This document shows positions 22,281 to 35,444 of a stretch of 64,000 bases of DNA, piece after piece. The DNA is taken from contig MU054187.1 of the NCBI GenBank assembly GCA_013239625.1, positions 3,917,757 to 3,981,756 on the forward strand, read 5' to 3'. How positions within the stretch are numbered: position 1 is the first letter of the stretch; the number at the start of each line of letters is the position of its first letter. The notes under the pieces were generated by a model. The model was given only the letters and a program-made list of their open reading frames with translations. It did not search any database and was not told where the DNA came from. Source of the DNA: Lama guanicoe. Taxonomy: Eukaryota. The translations under genes and the position numbers were made by a program.

Positions 22281-23799
22281 ATATTCCACGGTCTATATAT
22301 GTGCGCATGAGTTATTGTAGGTGTGTAGGTAGGTCTGTGCTGAGAAACACAGACGTCTTTCTTATCCGTGCAGACTCTGCTGTCTCTTGCGTGTGCGAGA
22401 AACAACTGGGTTTTGCTTCGATGTCTTTTGACTGTTTTCTTTAGCTCCTACTGATGCTTTATTCACACCTTGTGAGGGATTATACACAGAACCACACATT
22501 TAACATCTCCTTGAAAATGAGTTACAATTTTATTTTCAATAATTATGCTTCTTAAAAAAAGGACAGAGGCCTCAGAGTTGTCATTAGGATTAACATTTGT
22601 TATGACAAAGCTATGCGGACTCTATCACTCAGTATTTGAAAACTGGAAGGTAAAATTATACGATGAAATTCTCAGGCTGGAGAAAGCCAGTGTGTCTGCA
22701 TCACTACACGTCTTTGAAACTTGCTTTATTTTGCCAGGAAACCACACTTCAAGTGAGAGTTGGCATATCTCTTTGTAAAAGCAGAGCAAGGTGTTCTCTA
22801 CGGAGGTTCTAAGACAAAGTCGAACCTATTCTTAAATTCTTTATCTTCAAACACATTTTTTAACAAGAAGTCCAGAAACTTAACCTTACTGGAATGTTTC
22901 AATGAACGCTGTTTTGAGTTGGGTAATGTTTGTTTAGTTAAGAGAGGGATTTGGTGCTGAACTTGAACAGTGTCATGAATGAGTCTCGAGTGCAGAATGC
23001 ATGATGTCAGTTGCAGAATCATTATTTCAAGTAAATGATTTCCACTGGCTTCAAACACACCAGCTCTTTTCAACTTGTTAATGACTGTTGCTGAACGAAT
23101 TGACTACAGAGGGATGGAACACAGTTTATTCATTCACATGATCATCGTTTATGGTACACCCCCTAGGGATCAGATGCTGTGCTGCGTGTTTAGGATAGGA
23201 AGATAAACAAGACTCGGGCTTCACCCTTGACTTTGAGAGAGACACGCACAAACCTTCAGTTACAAAACAATGTCATCAGTGTCATTAGATAACTTTTGAA
23301 AAACGACGCTGGGAGAACTAAAATAAAACTCTGCTTGGAAAGATAGTCTGATAGTCATAGAATATCAAGTGCAAAATTTTTCTGTATAATTACATTTTTT
23401 TCAAGTCAGCAAAGCATTTAGAGAACATATGGTGACAATATTTTGGAAGTAATTGTGCCTTGCAAATACAATTATACTGACAGTAATCTCCTTTGGGAGA
23501 TGATACACATATGTGGAAAACAATGTAGTACAAAATAACAACATAATACTGAAAAAAGTGGAAGATACATGTGAGTGGTTTGGTTAGGAATTAGCCGGAG
23601 AGCAGGCGCTGCATTAGAGTGATGTTATACAAAGGAGGTGAAGGAAACAGACCCTCGGATCTACTCCGTCTCCTGATCCTAGACCTTGAACAGCTTGAAC
23701 ATGGCTATCATGGGCTCTTAAGATCTTCTTGGAGCAGACCAACGAATTTAAAAAAAAAAGAGTTGAAAATATTTAAAAACATGGTTTTACGGTAGCCTT

Positions 23800-25240
23800 T
23801 ACCTACTTCTCAAGGTACAGATATTTCCTATATCAAAATCTGATCAAAAATGGAAATGATTCCAGTTTTACTTAAAATGTGGGGAAAATTCTGAATACAT
23901 ATTCACAAACAAAATCCAGCAGAATATTAAAAATGTGTTATAAGGTTTGTTGCAGATATTCAAGGATGTTTTATCAGTGAAATCCTTATATTGGCAAATT
24001 TTTGGAAAATATAAAATTATTAAAAATATTTGATCAGAATAGCATTTGATAAAGTTTCAGAATCATTTCTTAGGGATGATAAAGCTTTAAAGTAAAGTAG
24101 AAAAGAAATTTTCTTAAACACAATTAAACCCATCACAACTAACATATTAAAGTAAATAATACCATAGTCCTCTCCATCATGTTAAGAAATGGAAAGGGTG
24201 CCTACTAATGGCACGATCATTCAGCAGCGTCTTGCCAGTCCTCACTAACATGACAGGGAGAGAAAGAAAAGTAAGGGGTGTAAATATTGGAAGAGACAAA
24301 TTCTGATTATTTGAAGGTAAGTTGATTGAATCCTGAGAAAACAGAAGAGACCCAATTTTTAAAAATGTGTTAACCATAATGAGAGGCTTAATACCGTGAG
24401 ATGAATATAAGATTTTATTTTATATCCATCCATCCATCCATCCATATATAGTCATTCTATATAGTCTTACAGAAATGTCAAATAAAAGAAATCCAGAGCA
24501 AGACATATTTTAAAGCATAGTGAGTCTCTATTTTTATAGGTTATACAGGTTGGTTTAGCATTTGAAAATCAATAAATATAACCAACTATATTGTTAGGAC
24601 AAAGGAAAAACCCTAAATAACCATTTCAGTTGATTTATAAAAAGCATTTGATAAAATTTAACATCTGTTCATAGTGAATCTTTTCAATGACCTGGGACTA
24701 GAACAGAACTGCCTTAAAGTAATAAAGGAGTATTTATAAAAAATACATGTAGAAAATATCATATTTAATACTTTTAGATAAAAAACATTTACTTCAAGAT
24801 GAGGACTAAGGTTTTGGCCAATGCAAAAAGGCAGAAAAAGTTAAATCTTACTAAGATTGGAAAAGAAGAAATAAAACCATTATTTTTCCCAGAAGGCATG
24901 ATTATGCATATAGAAAAAACATTTAAAATCTATAGATAACTGATAGAATTAGTCAGTAAATTTAACAAGGACTACAAGGTCAGCACACAAAAATCAATAG
25001 TATTTCTATATACTAGCAACACATAAAAATTTTAAATGGATAACCTTTATAATAACATCAAAATAAAAATATTTAAAGTAACGCTGGTGAAAGAGTAAAT
25101 TGCTCTAATCACCCTGGAGGGACAGTTTGGTGCTGACTGTTGAAGCTCACAGAGCCAGACATACCCTTAGACCCAGAATTCGCCTTCTATGCAAATACCC
25201 CACTGAGACATGTACTAAAGAATGTGCCTAGCATTGCTAT
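23800..25240 (+). mobile_element. Old L1 ORF2/3' fragments (two overlapping RT-region pieces)
   Basis: agcatttgataaa (KAFDK) near 24041 and 24643; gcatgattatgcatatagaaaa; caaaaatcaatagtatttctatatactagcaac. Confidence 0.7.
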
Positions 25241-26539
25241 TTATAATAGACTGGTGACCTCCAAAGGAAGGCTTTTCCTGGGCTAAGCCAGAGTCAGAAA
25301 AGACTGCATCCTCTTTCATAAGCAACTGACCTAAAATCTTGCTAAGCTGGGTAACTGGGCTCAGCGGGTGAAGATGGGTGAAAAAACAGTGATGTTTCAT
25401 GTTTCTCTGTCCTTAAAGATGAACACTGTTTGCCTAGAAACAAAAGGGAGAATCGATCTGTCTGGAATTTGTAGCAGTCAACGTTGAGGGGGAAAACCCA
25501 TTCTTTAGTTTTTAGTCATTTGGTAACTTTTGTCTTTCATACCCTTTTTAATCTTCAAGCACTTGAACTTCCACGTCATCTATTTAAGTAAAGTATTCCT
25601 TATATTCTTTCATTATCTTTGTTGCTGCAAAGAACTGGAAACTCTATCGGTGTGATGATAATATTGAATATCTTTATAGGAATGTAGCAGAAATAAGACA
25701 GACAGCAGAGTCTGTTAAAAATAAAGAGATACAGTGTCCTGTAAAAAATAATCGGTTAACTTCAAAGGAGACTAAAACATAAAGTAAAACCATTTTGCAT
25801 TTATTGGTAATTTCTCATCTCTTTCGTGCTACAAATGAAGTATTTGCAAAAGTTGTAATGAATCAAATTTCCAATTTTGTTTTTCTCACTTGTGATAGGT
25901 AAACATAATTTCCTATCAGTGGGAATACAGTTGTGTGTGAATATTTTACCACCGGGGCAGGAGCTGCCAGCTTATTGTAAGGGCATTATTACTGTCAGAG
26001 CTCCTGCTGCTGCAGTCTTTATTATCATTTTTTTTTTGTTTGAAGACAAGTCATGATTTTCCTGGTCTCAGGGAGAAAGCTATGGCTGCACTCTGCTTGA
26101 ATTCTCTCCCAGACAAAGAGAGTGAAGGATGATTAAGTCAGCACATCTAGGTCACATTATCTGAGCTACTCTGTAATCCTCTCCTGCCCGTGGGAGCGCC
26201 ATTGAGGCTGCATTCATGTGGGCTGAGGAGGGATCAGATGCAATAAAGATTCATTCCATTCCATCTGCCAAAGACTTGAGATGGGAACCCAGCCCTTGGC
26301 CTGCTTAATGAGTTTCAGCTAATGAGACATTCTTTGTCATCTGAGTGACTAAACGTCAGAAAAGAATCTTTAGAGATCAGCTTAGCTGGATGTTACCGTT
26401 CAAAATAATAACGTTACAGTGGTTTATATGTTTTCTTTCATAATGCATTTCTATGTGCATGATCTCATTAGACTGTGAGATTCTTGAGAGAAGAGATCAT
26501 GTCTTGTGCAGCTTTGGTTTCCCAATACCTAATACAGTT

Positions 26540-26930
26540 TCTTTTCCTCCAAAAAATAAACATTATCTTGGATTTCTAACACTATAGTTTTGCCTGTTTT
26601 TTTTTTGAAATTTATGTAATTGAAATTATATGATATGTCCTCATTTGGGTCTAGTTTTTGTCGCTCAATATTATATTTATGAGATTCATCCATGTTTGAT
26701 GTGCCAAGAGTCTGTTCGTTTTTATGACTGTATGGTCTTCTGTCCTATGAATATACATTCACATACACATGACACTGATAACGGGCGTTTTGGTTATTAG
26801 CTATTGTGAATCATGATGCCATGAACATTGCTCTGCATGTCTCTTGGTGTACATGCGAACACATTTTTGTTGAGTGTGTACCTACGTGACAGGAATTTCT
26901 GGATCATAGGCTATTTTTATGTTCAAATCT
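26540..26930 (-). mobile_element. L1ME-type 3' end
   Basis: tagttttgcctgtttttttttgaaattta, ctcaatattatatttatgagattcatccatg, ggaatttctggatcatagg. Confidence 0.7.
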
Positions 26931-26943
26931 TGACAATGGTGCT

Positions 26944-27383
26944 GTCACCAAGCAGAAGCTTGTGGGGCCTTCCCAGGACAGACCCCTCCCCAACACCCTC
27001 CGCTGTAGCTCCTCTCTGAAGCTCCCAGACAACGTATCTGATGCACATTTCCTGAGTTGTTTTACCGAGGCTAAAACCACCACCAAGGGCAAGAAATTCA
27101 TTACGTGATGATCATGAGCATGTGGCCCCCAGACCTACTGGTGCCCAAGGATTGACAATGTTAATTCCCGTGACCTAGACCTCACCGTCAACCAATCACA
27201 GCATTGTGCAGCAGCCGCTCACATCCGCCGGGGACCCCCTCCCCGCCTGGCCTTTAAAAATGCTTTGCTGAAGCCCTTCGCGGAGTTCCGGGTTTCTGAG
27301 CAGAGCCACGCGTTCTTGTCGGGCGCCCTGAAGTAAACACTGCACTCCCTTCGCCGCAGCCCCGTGTCAGTAGATTGGCTTTA
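26944..27383 (+). mobile_element. ERV1 LTR (MER34/LTR39-related), nested in old L1
   Basis: ggggccttcccaggacagacccctcccc, catttcctgagttgttt, aaccaatcacag, cctggcctttaaaaatgctttgctgaagccc, gtgtcagtagattggcttta. Confidence 0.75.
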
Positions 27384-27399
27384 TATTGTTAATATTTAT

Positions 27400-29310
27400 C
27401 CTTGTACAGTGTCACTAGTACCGAGACTGAAATGCTGACTAGAAATAACAGTAGGCAACTCTATTTTATTCCTTACTCTGAAGGAAGAGCTTTTGACATT
27501 TCACCAGTTAGTGTCAAGTAGGACTTCAGATTGTTTTATTATGTTACCTCCTGAAGACTCTTTTCAAGAGTTTTTGTTATTAAAAGACGTTGAACTTTAT
27601 TAAATGCTTTCTCTGCAACTAATGAGATGCTCATGATCTTTTTCCTCATTGTTCTCTTAGTGTGGTGAATTACTTCGATTTTTCAGATCTTAAAAAACTG
27701 TGCATCTCTGTCATAACAGGCTTGATCATGATGTATCATTTTCTTAAGTAACTGTATTGCAGTGGCTAGTTGGATTCAGTTTACTAATATTTTATTTAGT
27801 AATTTTTCACCTTTGGTCACGAGTGAGAGAAAAACTGTAATTTTTCTTCGTGATAATGTTCTTATCAGGATTTGAACATAAGCAACGTGTTGGGGATGAC
27901 TGTCCTTTTTCTCTCCTACTGTTTGGAAGACTGTCAAATTGACAAAAATTTCTTTTTTAAGTGTTTGGTGGAACTTCCTGGTGAAGCCATCTCACCCAGG
28001 ACTTTTGATTGTTCAAAATTTTAAGTTCCATATTCTTTTTCTTTAGAACCATTGAGATATTCTTTTCCCTCTTTGTTTAGTTTTGGTAAGTTGTCCTTTT
28101 ATATGAAGTGCCCATTTGATGGAAAAGTCAAACACATTAAAATAAATTTGTTCATGAAGTCCGCTTCTCATCTTTTATAATGCCTGTGCTGTGTCCCCCT
28201 TTTCATTGCTGATATTTAATTGTTTGTACTTCTTCTTTTTCGGTGATATGCTTGTCAGATATTTATTAATTGTATTATTTTTTGAAGAACAAACTTGTCT
28301 TTGTCAATCCTTTCTATTTTGTTTGTTTTCTCAAGATTTTAATTTCAGCCCTTTATTATTTCACTTCTTTGGCTTGAATTTGCTTTTATTTTTCTAACTT
28401 CTAAAGTCAGATCATTGATCATCAGTCTTTTTTCTTTTCTAATACATATATTAAAGGGAACAAATTTCCCCCAAAGCAGGTATATCTACAGCTCACATTT
28501 TTCAGATGACATTATTAGTATTTAGCTCAAAATATTTTCTAATAGCTATTGTGGTTTCTTTGGTTCATGAGATATTTTGAAGTGTATGGCTCAAACAGAA
28601 GCTGATTTTCTAGTTCTTATTTTGTTATCGACCTTTGGCTAAACTGCACTGTGGTCAGAAAACATATACTTTGCATGACTTTAATCAATTAAAATTGCTG
28701 CTATCTCCTTGATGGTCCAGCATATGGTTACTTTTTAAATGAGAGAGCTTCAAAATCCTGTGTATTCTGCAGTTCTTTGGTTCTGCATATGCCAATTTAT
28801 TTGTGCATTTTAAATCTTTCATATTCTTACTAATTTTTTGTCTACTTATGCTTGTAGTGAGAAATTGGTTAAAATCACCAACTATGATTTTATTACAGTT
28901 TCTTTGTTTATTAAATTCATTTACTCATTCAACAAACATTTATTTTGGACTCATCAAATTTTAGAAAATAGAGACTAAATTTTATTGAGGATGTTTTTAT
29001 TAAAAAGAGTAGTTTCTCCTTTTATACATTTTAAGGCAATTAAGATAAACCTTTTATCTTATTGAAGGGTTCATCTTTATCTTTATTAAATGCTTCTTGC
29101 TTTAAAGTCTACTTTGATATTAATATAGCTACACAGTCTTTCTTTTGGCTAGTTTTTGTATTCTATATATTTTTTCATTTTTAATTTTTACCTGTTCTGT
29201 GGGCTTATTTTTAAATGTTTCCCGAAAGCCACAATACTTATGCTTTAAAAATAATCCAGCCCAAAGATCTGTTTTTTAATTGGATTACTGAGGTCCTTTT
29301 GCATAAATGT
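27400..29310 (-). mobile_element. Old L1 ORF2 region, antisense
   Basis: T-rich; gttgaactttattaaatgctttctctgca, ggattcagtttactaatattttattta, cctggtgaagccatct, ctgcactgtggtcagaaaa. Confidence 0.75.
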
Positions 29311-29857
29311 GAATAGTTTTGCAATTCACCATCCACAAGTTATCAACAAACGCAAAATGTAAAAATATAAAAAGTAGAGTGAGCCAAGAGAATACATTAG
29401 AAGAGTCTCTCCTGAGAAAGGGAAGTCTTGGAGGAAATGACAATTAGAAATGAAGATCTAAGGTAGCATTAAAGAAAGGGGAAAAGTTAAAAACAAGAAA
29501 AAGTAGTACAAGGAAGCAACATTCTACTAAACAATAGAATAAAGACTATGCTTTGTCAAATATGGAGTGCCAAGTAGATGAGGTCAGAGATGTGGTGAAA
29601 GGTGGAGAAAGATGCCTGTTAGGCTAAGAAGTTATACTTGTTTAGAAAGACAATGTAGAAACATTGAATATACTTGACACAGTTGTTTGTACCTTTCTTT
29701 TTAATGGATCAAACTTTTAGCACCTCATTGGCCCTCAATTTTTTTAACTGAACTTTTCAGTATAACTTACAAATAGCATATCTATTTTTATTTTATTTAG
29801 AAAAGGAGTCCTTGAAATCTACTGTTCACTTTTTGATTTACTAACCAATAAATCGTT

Positions 29858-29897
29858 AAAAAAATTTTTTTTTTGGATATGGGAGGTAATTAGGTTG
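29858..29897 (-). mobile_element. About 40-bp 3' tail of a camelid tRNA-derived SINE (Vic-type)
   Basis: Poly-T then gggaggtaattaggtt, the antisense end of the camelid SINE as I recall it; imperfect 13-bp TSD ccaataaatcgtt / ccaataaaccatt at 29845-29857 and 29898-29910. Confidence 0.65.
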
Positions 29898-30256
29898 CCA
29901 ATAAACCATTTTTAAAGTTACAAGTTGTTGACACAGATCAGAATTTTATACCATGAAAGAGTAATTATAAATGTAAAATTACTCTCATACTCTTATTCTG
30001 CTTACACTCTTTCCTTTTAAATTTTATATATTAATCCTTGGTTTCCGTTTTTATAGTTCTCACTTTTGAGATTAATTTTTTGAATTATTTTTTATTATTT
30101 AAATGCTGCTTATAGATTAGAAATCAGTATCATTGACTAAGTGATTGTGCGCAGACAGTGATGTAATGAAGTCTTTATGGCCACCCCCCCCCATCCCAGG
30201 TACGCCTAGGCCTTACTCTCTATGCGTTACTACCCATTTTATGCCTTTAGAGAATC

Positions 30257-30901
30257 TGATGTGAGAAAAATGGATGTGGGGCGTGAGGAGGGCCATGTCT
30301 CAGGCTTCGGTTGAGCCCCTGGGACGTGCCCCTCCAAGTCTGGGTCCTTGGCTTTGCATAGGAAAGAATTCAAGAGCCAGCCACGGTTGAATAAAGGTAG
30401 ATTTATTTAGAGAGATACATTGAAAGGCAAGAGAAAGGTCACGAGACCATGAGGTGTGGGTGCTCAGATTAGAGTAAAAGTCGGTACACACTCCATAGAC
30501 AGAGTGCGGGCTGTCTCCGAAGGGGGAGGGAGGGAGAGAGAGAGAGAGAGGGCAGAGGTGCCCTGTTGCCAGTTTTTCTGGGCAAGGTAGCTTCATATGC
30601 TAATAAGTAGAAGGACTGGTCTAACTAGCCTGGGGAAGGGGCTGGGATTCCCAGGAAGTTGGCCATTTCCCACTCTTTGACCTTTTGTGGCTAGCCTTGG
30701 GACTGCCATGGCGCCTGTGGGCGTGTTATCCACCAGGCTAATATATTACAATGGGCATATAATGAAGCTCAAGGTCTGCTAGAAGTCAAATCTCCCACGT
30801 CTTGTGCCTCAAGGCCTCCTGAGGGTTGAATCTTTCACCATTCTGTTGTTAATTGCTGTGTTATTCCTTGAATGGCTGTGCCCTGCCCCTTTCCTGTCTC
30901 A
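30257..30901 (-). mobile_element. ERV1 solo LTR (MER4-group-like)
   Basis: TG...CA termini, 4-bp TSD aatc (30253-30256 and 30902-30905), ggaaagaattcaagagcca, minus-strand AATAAA at 30402-30407; 645 bp; internal (GA)n near 30530. Confidence 0.9.
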
Positions 30902-31177
30902 AATCTACAGGATTTCTTCAAGGAAAATATGTTCTATTTAGAATACTTCTCTCTTGATCTTGCTGTTGCCAGTTGGGTGATACTATGATGGGGACAGAAT
31001 CTGAGAGCTGGGAGAAAGTGATGGAAACAGGGATGCTGCCCGCCAGAGTCCAGGATGAGCCTGGCGCTGAGGAACAGAGATGGTTGCTAAGTCTGCTGCA
31101 GGACCCTTTCCCTGAAAGAATTCTAAACAAGTTCATTTTTGGACTCATCTTGGATCTGCAATGTGGATTCATATAAA

Positions 31178-31365
31178 AAGTAATAATAACTTACACTTTT
31201 ACAGTGCTAAACATATCAGGCCCTGACATGTGTACCTTCTGTATTTAATTCATTAGAAGCTGCGTGACAGCCCTATGAGGTCAATGATCATTGTTTTACA
31301 AATGAAGAAACTGCTACCCAAGATTTTACAGCTGGTGAGAGGCAGAGCCAGGATGGAAGCCAGCG
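31178..31365 (-). mobile_element. MIR SINE
   Basis: acagccctatgaggt...attgttttacaaatgaagaaactg...cccaagattttacagctggtgagaggcagagccaggat core. Confidence 0.7.
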
Positions 31366-33143
31366 ACGCAGCTTTTGTGTGTTGTTCCTTGAGATCACGC
31401 TTTCCTTTTCTTTATCGTTTTAATCTGAAGCATCATTTAAATATATTCTTCTATTTAGTATTCAAAACACACAATGCCTTCATAGCTCCTGTATACAATT
31501 TGTACGTTCCTGTGGGTGTTGACAGTTTACTGCTACGTGTATCCACCCGTCTCTGCCTCCTGAGTCTGAGAGTGCTCTGGGGGGACGGTACCGTCCCTTC
31601 CTTGCAGAGAAGTCAGTGAGTGACTCAGGGTTTCGCCATGAATCAGTGGCTGAACTGGGGCTGGAACATAGGTGTTCTAATTGCAAGAGCAGCTTTCTTT
31701 CTATTAAATCACAACTCACTTTAAAGAAGGCATCTTTTTAGGTATCACAGAGGAAGTTTTTATGCCCCACACGGGCTCTGGAATTTCTACATTGCTTTTT
31801 CAGCTGAGCGACTCATTAAGTGTGAGCTTTGCTAACATGTTTTATTCACATGGCACTTTGGTGCCAGTTTTACAATGTTTTCAACCAGGGCGAAGGAACA
31901 AGTAGCTGAAAGCGGGTAATTAGAACTGTGCTGGGAGTTTTGGAAGTGGGTGGAATGTCCTTAAAATGTGAACATCTGGCTGTTAGACTTAGTGAGCAAT
32001 AAGTGACTAAAGTGTTGCTGACGCTGGTTAGCAAAATACGTCCCAAAGCTGTGGCTTGCGTGATTTTTTTTTTTTAAAGGACCAATGATAAAAACGTAAA
32101 AATGTGACTAATCCCCATCATTTGCCTCCCCCTTGTCAATTCACCCTTTTTAGTGTTCCATGCAGTATACTGAGACGTCTGCTTAGCAGGATGGGGGTCA
32201 TGATCATGGCTGATCTGCTGATGCCCCAGCGGACTTCCCCGATGCTCCCTCAGTAAATCACTCAGGAGTCCTTCCATGGCACACCCGGAAGCGTTCAACT
32301 GCTTTTCTCTTCACGGCGCCGCCTCTGTGCTGCTTAAACATACTTAAGAACTCAATTCACTTACTACCTGTAGGCACCACCAACATAACAAAAAGGCAAA
32401 TTATAACAAAATAATAATTTCGTAGTAATAACATCGCTGAAACTGAACAGGGGAGTAGCTTGATTCCAATTTTTTTTTTCTGAATTTACTGTTTATTTTG
32501 GAGCAAATACAAAAGCTGTTAGGTGCTATTTATGCTTTTTCTCCCCAGAAAGCAGTATATATATACTGTCCTGTGTACTGAATAATTGTGTAAAAGGAAA
32601 GGGCAGGAATGTCAACAAGGGGCTTGAATCCTACATTCTCATTCAGCAGAATTTGGGGCACTAGATTAAGAAACAGAAAAAGTTTGATTTTGCTCAAAAA
32701 GAATAGAAAACAGACATGTGATCGGAAATTCTTCGGAATACGTAACAAAATGCTCAGAATTTGAACCAACTGATCTGTGGATCACGGAGGCAAGCTTCAA
32801 GCTAGGGTTATAAAATATTATTGGCGAACTGGAGATGATAAAGGAAAACAATTTTTGGCTTGTCCGATATTCTAGATATTGGAGTAGAAAAGACTACATA
32901 TGGTTAAGAAGTTCAGAGACTTGCCAGTGGTCTTAGCAAGTTTGATCTTGTTTTTCTCTCTCATTTTCTTATAGTTAAGAGATGCTAAAAGCTCTTGGCA
33001 AACCTGAGAAGGAAGGCGAGTCTGGTGTTGGATTAAAGTAGGCCTGGATGATGATGGAAGAGTACTTTGCATGATTAGTGTAGTGCCTTTCAGGGGTTCA
33101 GGAATGTCTGTCGTCTTGGATTCCTGATGAGGTAGGAGAACAG

Positions 33144-33270
33144 GCCCCGCCCACCTTCTCGCTGCCCCGCCCATCTTCTCGCTGCCCCGCCCTTCCTCCC
33201 GCTCTCCAGCAGGTGCTCTCCCGCGGCGCTCTGGGGATCCGAGCTCAGTTCTGCCGCCGCTGCCCCGCCT
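33144..33270. promoter_or_regulatory. GC-box (Sp/KLF) array in a 20-bp tandem repeat within a small CpG cluster
   Basis: GCCCCGCCC at 33144, 33164 and 33184 (unit GCCCCGCCCAYCTTCTCGCT) and GCCCCGCCT at 33262. Confidence 0.55.
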
Positions 33271-35066
33271 TTAGGTCTATGCTTGTGTCTGTGTGAGGGG
33301 TTCTGGTCACGTCTAGGATGAACAGCATTAGGACAGAAGACGGGAGTTTTCTTTCCATTCCGTCTTTTTGAAAGTAAACTGCCTCGTAATGGGCGACTGA
33401 ATTTACTGAGGTACAATGCCTCTATTTTTCCAACGGATCTCTTCTTGCTCTCAAGGACTCTGTTCTGTTATGGGGGTCAAGGGTGGATTTAAGCTGGCCA
33501 ATTGAAGGTAAGCCAGTTTCTTGCAGTTGAAAGCAGCTTCTTCGATTCAAACTTAAACTCTGAGTCGGGATCATTTTTCCTCCCTCCAAAGGCTTCTGCT
33601 CTCTCCTCCTTCCCTGGAGGGATCAGGCAGGGGACCTGCTAATTGCTGTGGCTGTGGGGGAAGGACTCACAGCCCCCCTGCTTTCCCTGGAAGTTCACTG
33701 TCCTGTGCAGAGTACCACCAGGTCCCTGGATGCCCTGCACTGGTGCCGGCTGAGATGTGCTGGCATTTCCTGGGGGCACCATGCTGGTCCCTGCTGCTGG
33801 AGTCCGTGGCTGGGGCCCAGGCATCTTGTCCTGGGGGGTCCCACACTCATGCTGCTCTGAGCCCCGCCATGCTGTAGGGCCCCAGTTCACCCAGCTCCTC
33901 TGCTCCCTCCACGAGGAGGAAATGTCCCGGCCTCCGACTCCTGAGGTCTCTTGTACCTGAATGCATCCTTCCTCCAATGCTGCTCCACTCCCCGCGAGCC
34001 AAGTGAGAGACTGTGAGGGACTGTGGGTCTCCCCAGACCACCCCAGGGAAGCTTGGGCCGCTGTTTCCCAGAGTCCAGATAATCCATGGAGTTTGTTTCT
34101 CCAGCCTCCTGACAGAACTTTTGGTCCTGAGGGGACACTCGGGACTGGCCCCCACGGTACCCCTCACTCCCCGCTTCGTGTCTGGCTGGGGCTGCCCCTC
34201 TCTCCCATCTCTCTTCTCCCTTGTCGCCCCACCCCATTTAGGGCAATAAAAGCAGACGGAATCAGAGAAAGGAAAAAGATCAACAAGACAGAGGAAATAC
34301 TTCAGAACAGGTTTCAAAAATGTATTTCTGTTCCTTGCCCTGTTGTTTTATCCTCTGCTTTCTTGTTGAACCAAGGGAAGAGTAAGCGCGTCGATATTCA
34401 GCCTCTGTTTAAGAAGTGAGTGCGGAAGCCCCTCAGTCTTTCTTGCCTTCACAGTCTCCCTGACCCACCTACCTAACCAATCCTCTGCCCCTGTAGCAAA
34501 GCCTCAATTAGGTTAATCCCTTTCTGAGCTGACAGACCCGAAGAATCCTGCCAAATAGACCCTCCCTAAAAATGATCAGTATTAATCTGAGTTGACAATG
34601 TATATAACTGTAAATGGAGTTTATTCTTAGTCTTCTAACAAGTTAAGCATTAAAGTGGGGTTATTTTTGAAACCCTTTACGAAAAGGATTCTGATGACTC
34701 TTAATTAAACTCGTACGTGGTATTTTTCTCCTGCTTTTTGATTCGATAAACTCAGGAATAGGAGCTCAAGTCCTTGATGGGACGTGCCTTGCAGCTTCTC
34801 GTTCTGATTCAGAGTCCACAGCTTGGTGGAGACTAAGCTGAGGTTCCTTTTCAAGAAGAAAACTATTTCTCAGAGAAAGTGCAAATTAATCATGTAAATG
34901 AAGTTGAGAAGCACTATTTAAAAGTCTAAGACAACAGGATCTTCTGTGCTGCATCCCGGAATCATAAGCGGCGTGCACGTAACTGAGGTTTCAGGTTCCC
35001 TCCATCTTACTCCCGTCTACAGCAGGCCCCTAGCAAACTATTTTAGGCAGTACTGTGGACATACGC

Positions 35067-35440
35067 TGTCTTGTTCAGTCTGGGCTACTGTCACAGAAGG
35101 CGGTAGACGGGGTGGGTTAGAAACAATAGGAACTTTCATTTCTTCCAGCTCTGGAGGCTGAAGAAGGGCAGAGAAGTCTGAGATGGAGGTGAAGGCAGAT
35201 TCGCTGTCTGGGGAAGACTTACTTTCTGGTTCACAGAAGGCAGTCTTCCTGCTGTGTCCTCACCTGATGAAGGGAGACGGGGAGCTTCCCTGGGGTCTCT
35301 TTTATAAGAGCGCTAATCCCATTCATAAGGGCTTCACTCTTATGACCTAATCACCTCCCAAAGGCCCCGCTTCCTATGTCACCATATTGGGGATTAGGTT
35401 CAACATATGAATTTTGGGGAGACACGTTCAATCATGAGCA
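35067..35440 (-). mobile_element. MaLR LTR, MLT1A0-like
   Basis: tctggaggctg, ctgtgtcctcac, ggggtctcttttataagagcgctaatcccattcat, atgacctaatcacctcccaaaggcccc, caacatatgaattttgggggagacac. Confidence 0.85.
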
Positions 35441-35444
35441 TATA

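Noticed and set aside
25543..25783. Exon-like segments on both strands (KLYRCDDNIEYLYRNVAEIRQ on plus; KIMKEYKEYFT*IDDVEVQVLED* on minus)
   Set aside because: The plus frame lacks a donor and the minus frame has two stops; not distinguishable from chance.
32549..32936. Strong plus-strand acceptor followed by protein-like text (EFEPTDLWITEASFKLGL*NIIGELEM), faintly like the DUF4062 DLRWG motif
   Set aside because: All frames contain stops, there is no good donor, and the resemblance is too weak to support without a profile search.
33144..33192. Short direct repeats as a CRISPR-like array
   Set aside because: Contiguous tandem units without unique spacers, in mammalian DNA.
33639..34419. Overlapping 112-156 aa ORFs
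   Set aside because: GC-rich region open in several frames on both strands, with no recognisable domain or clean splice pair.
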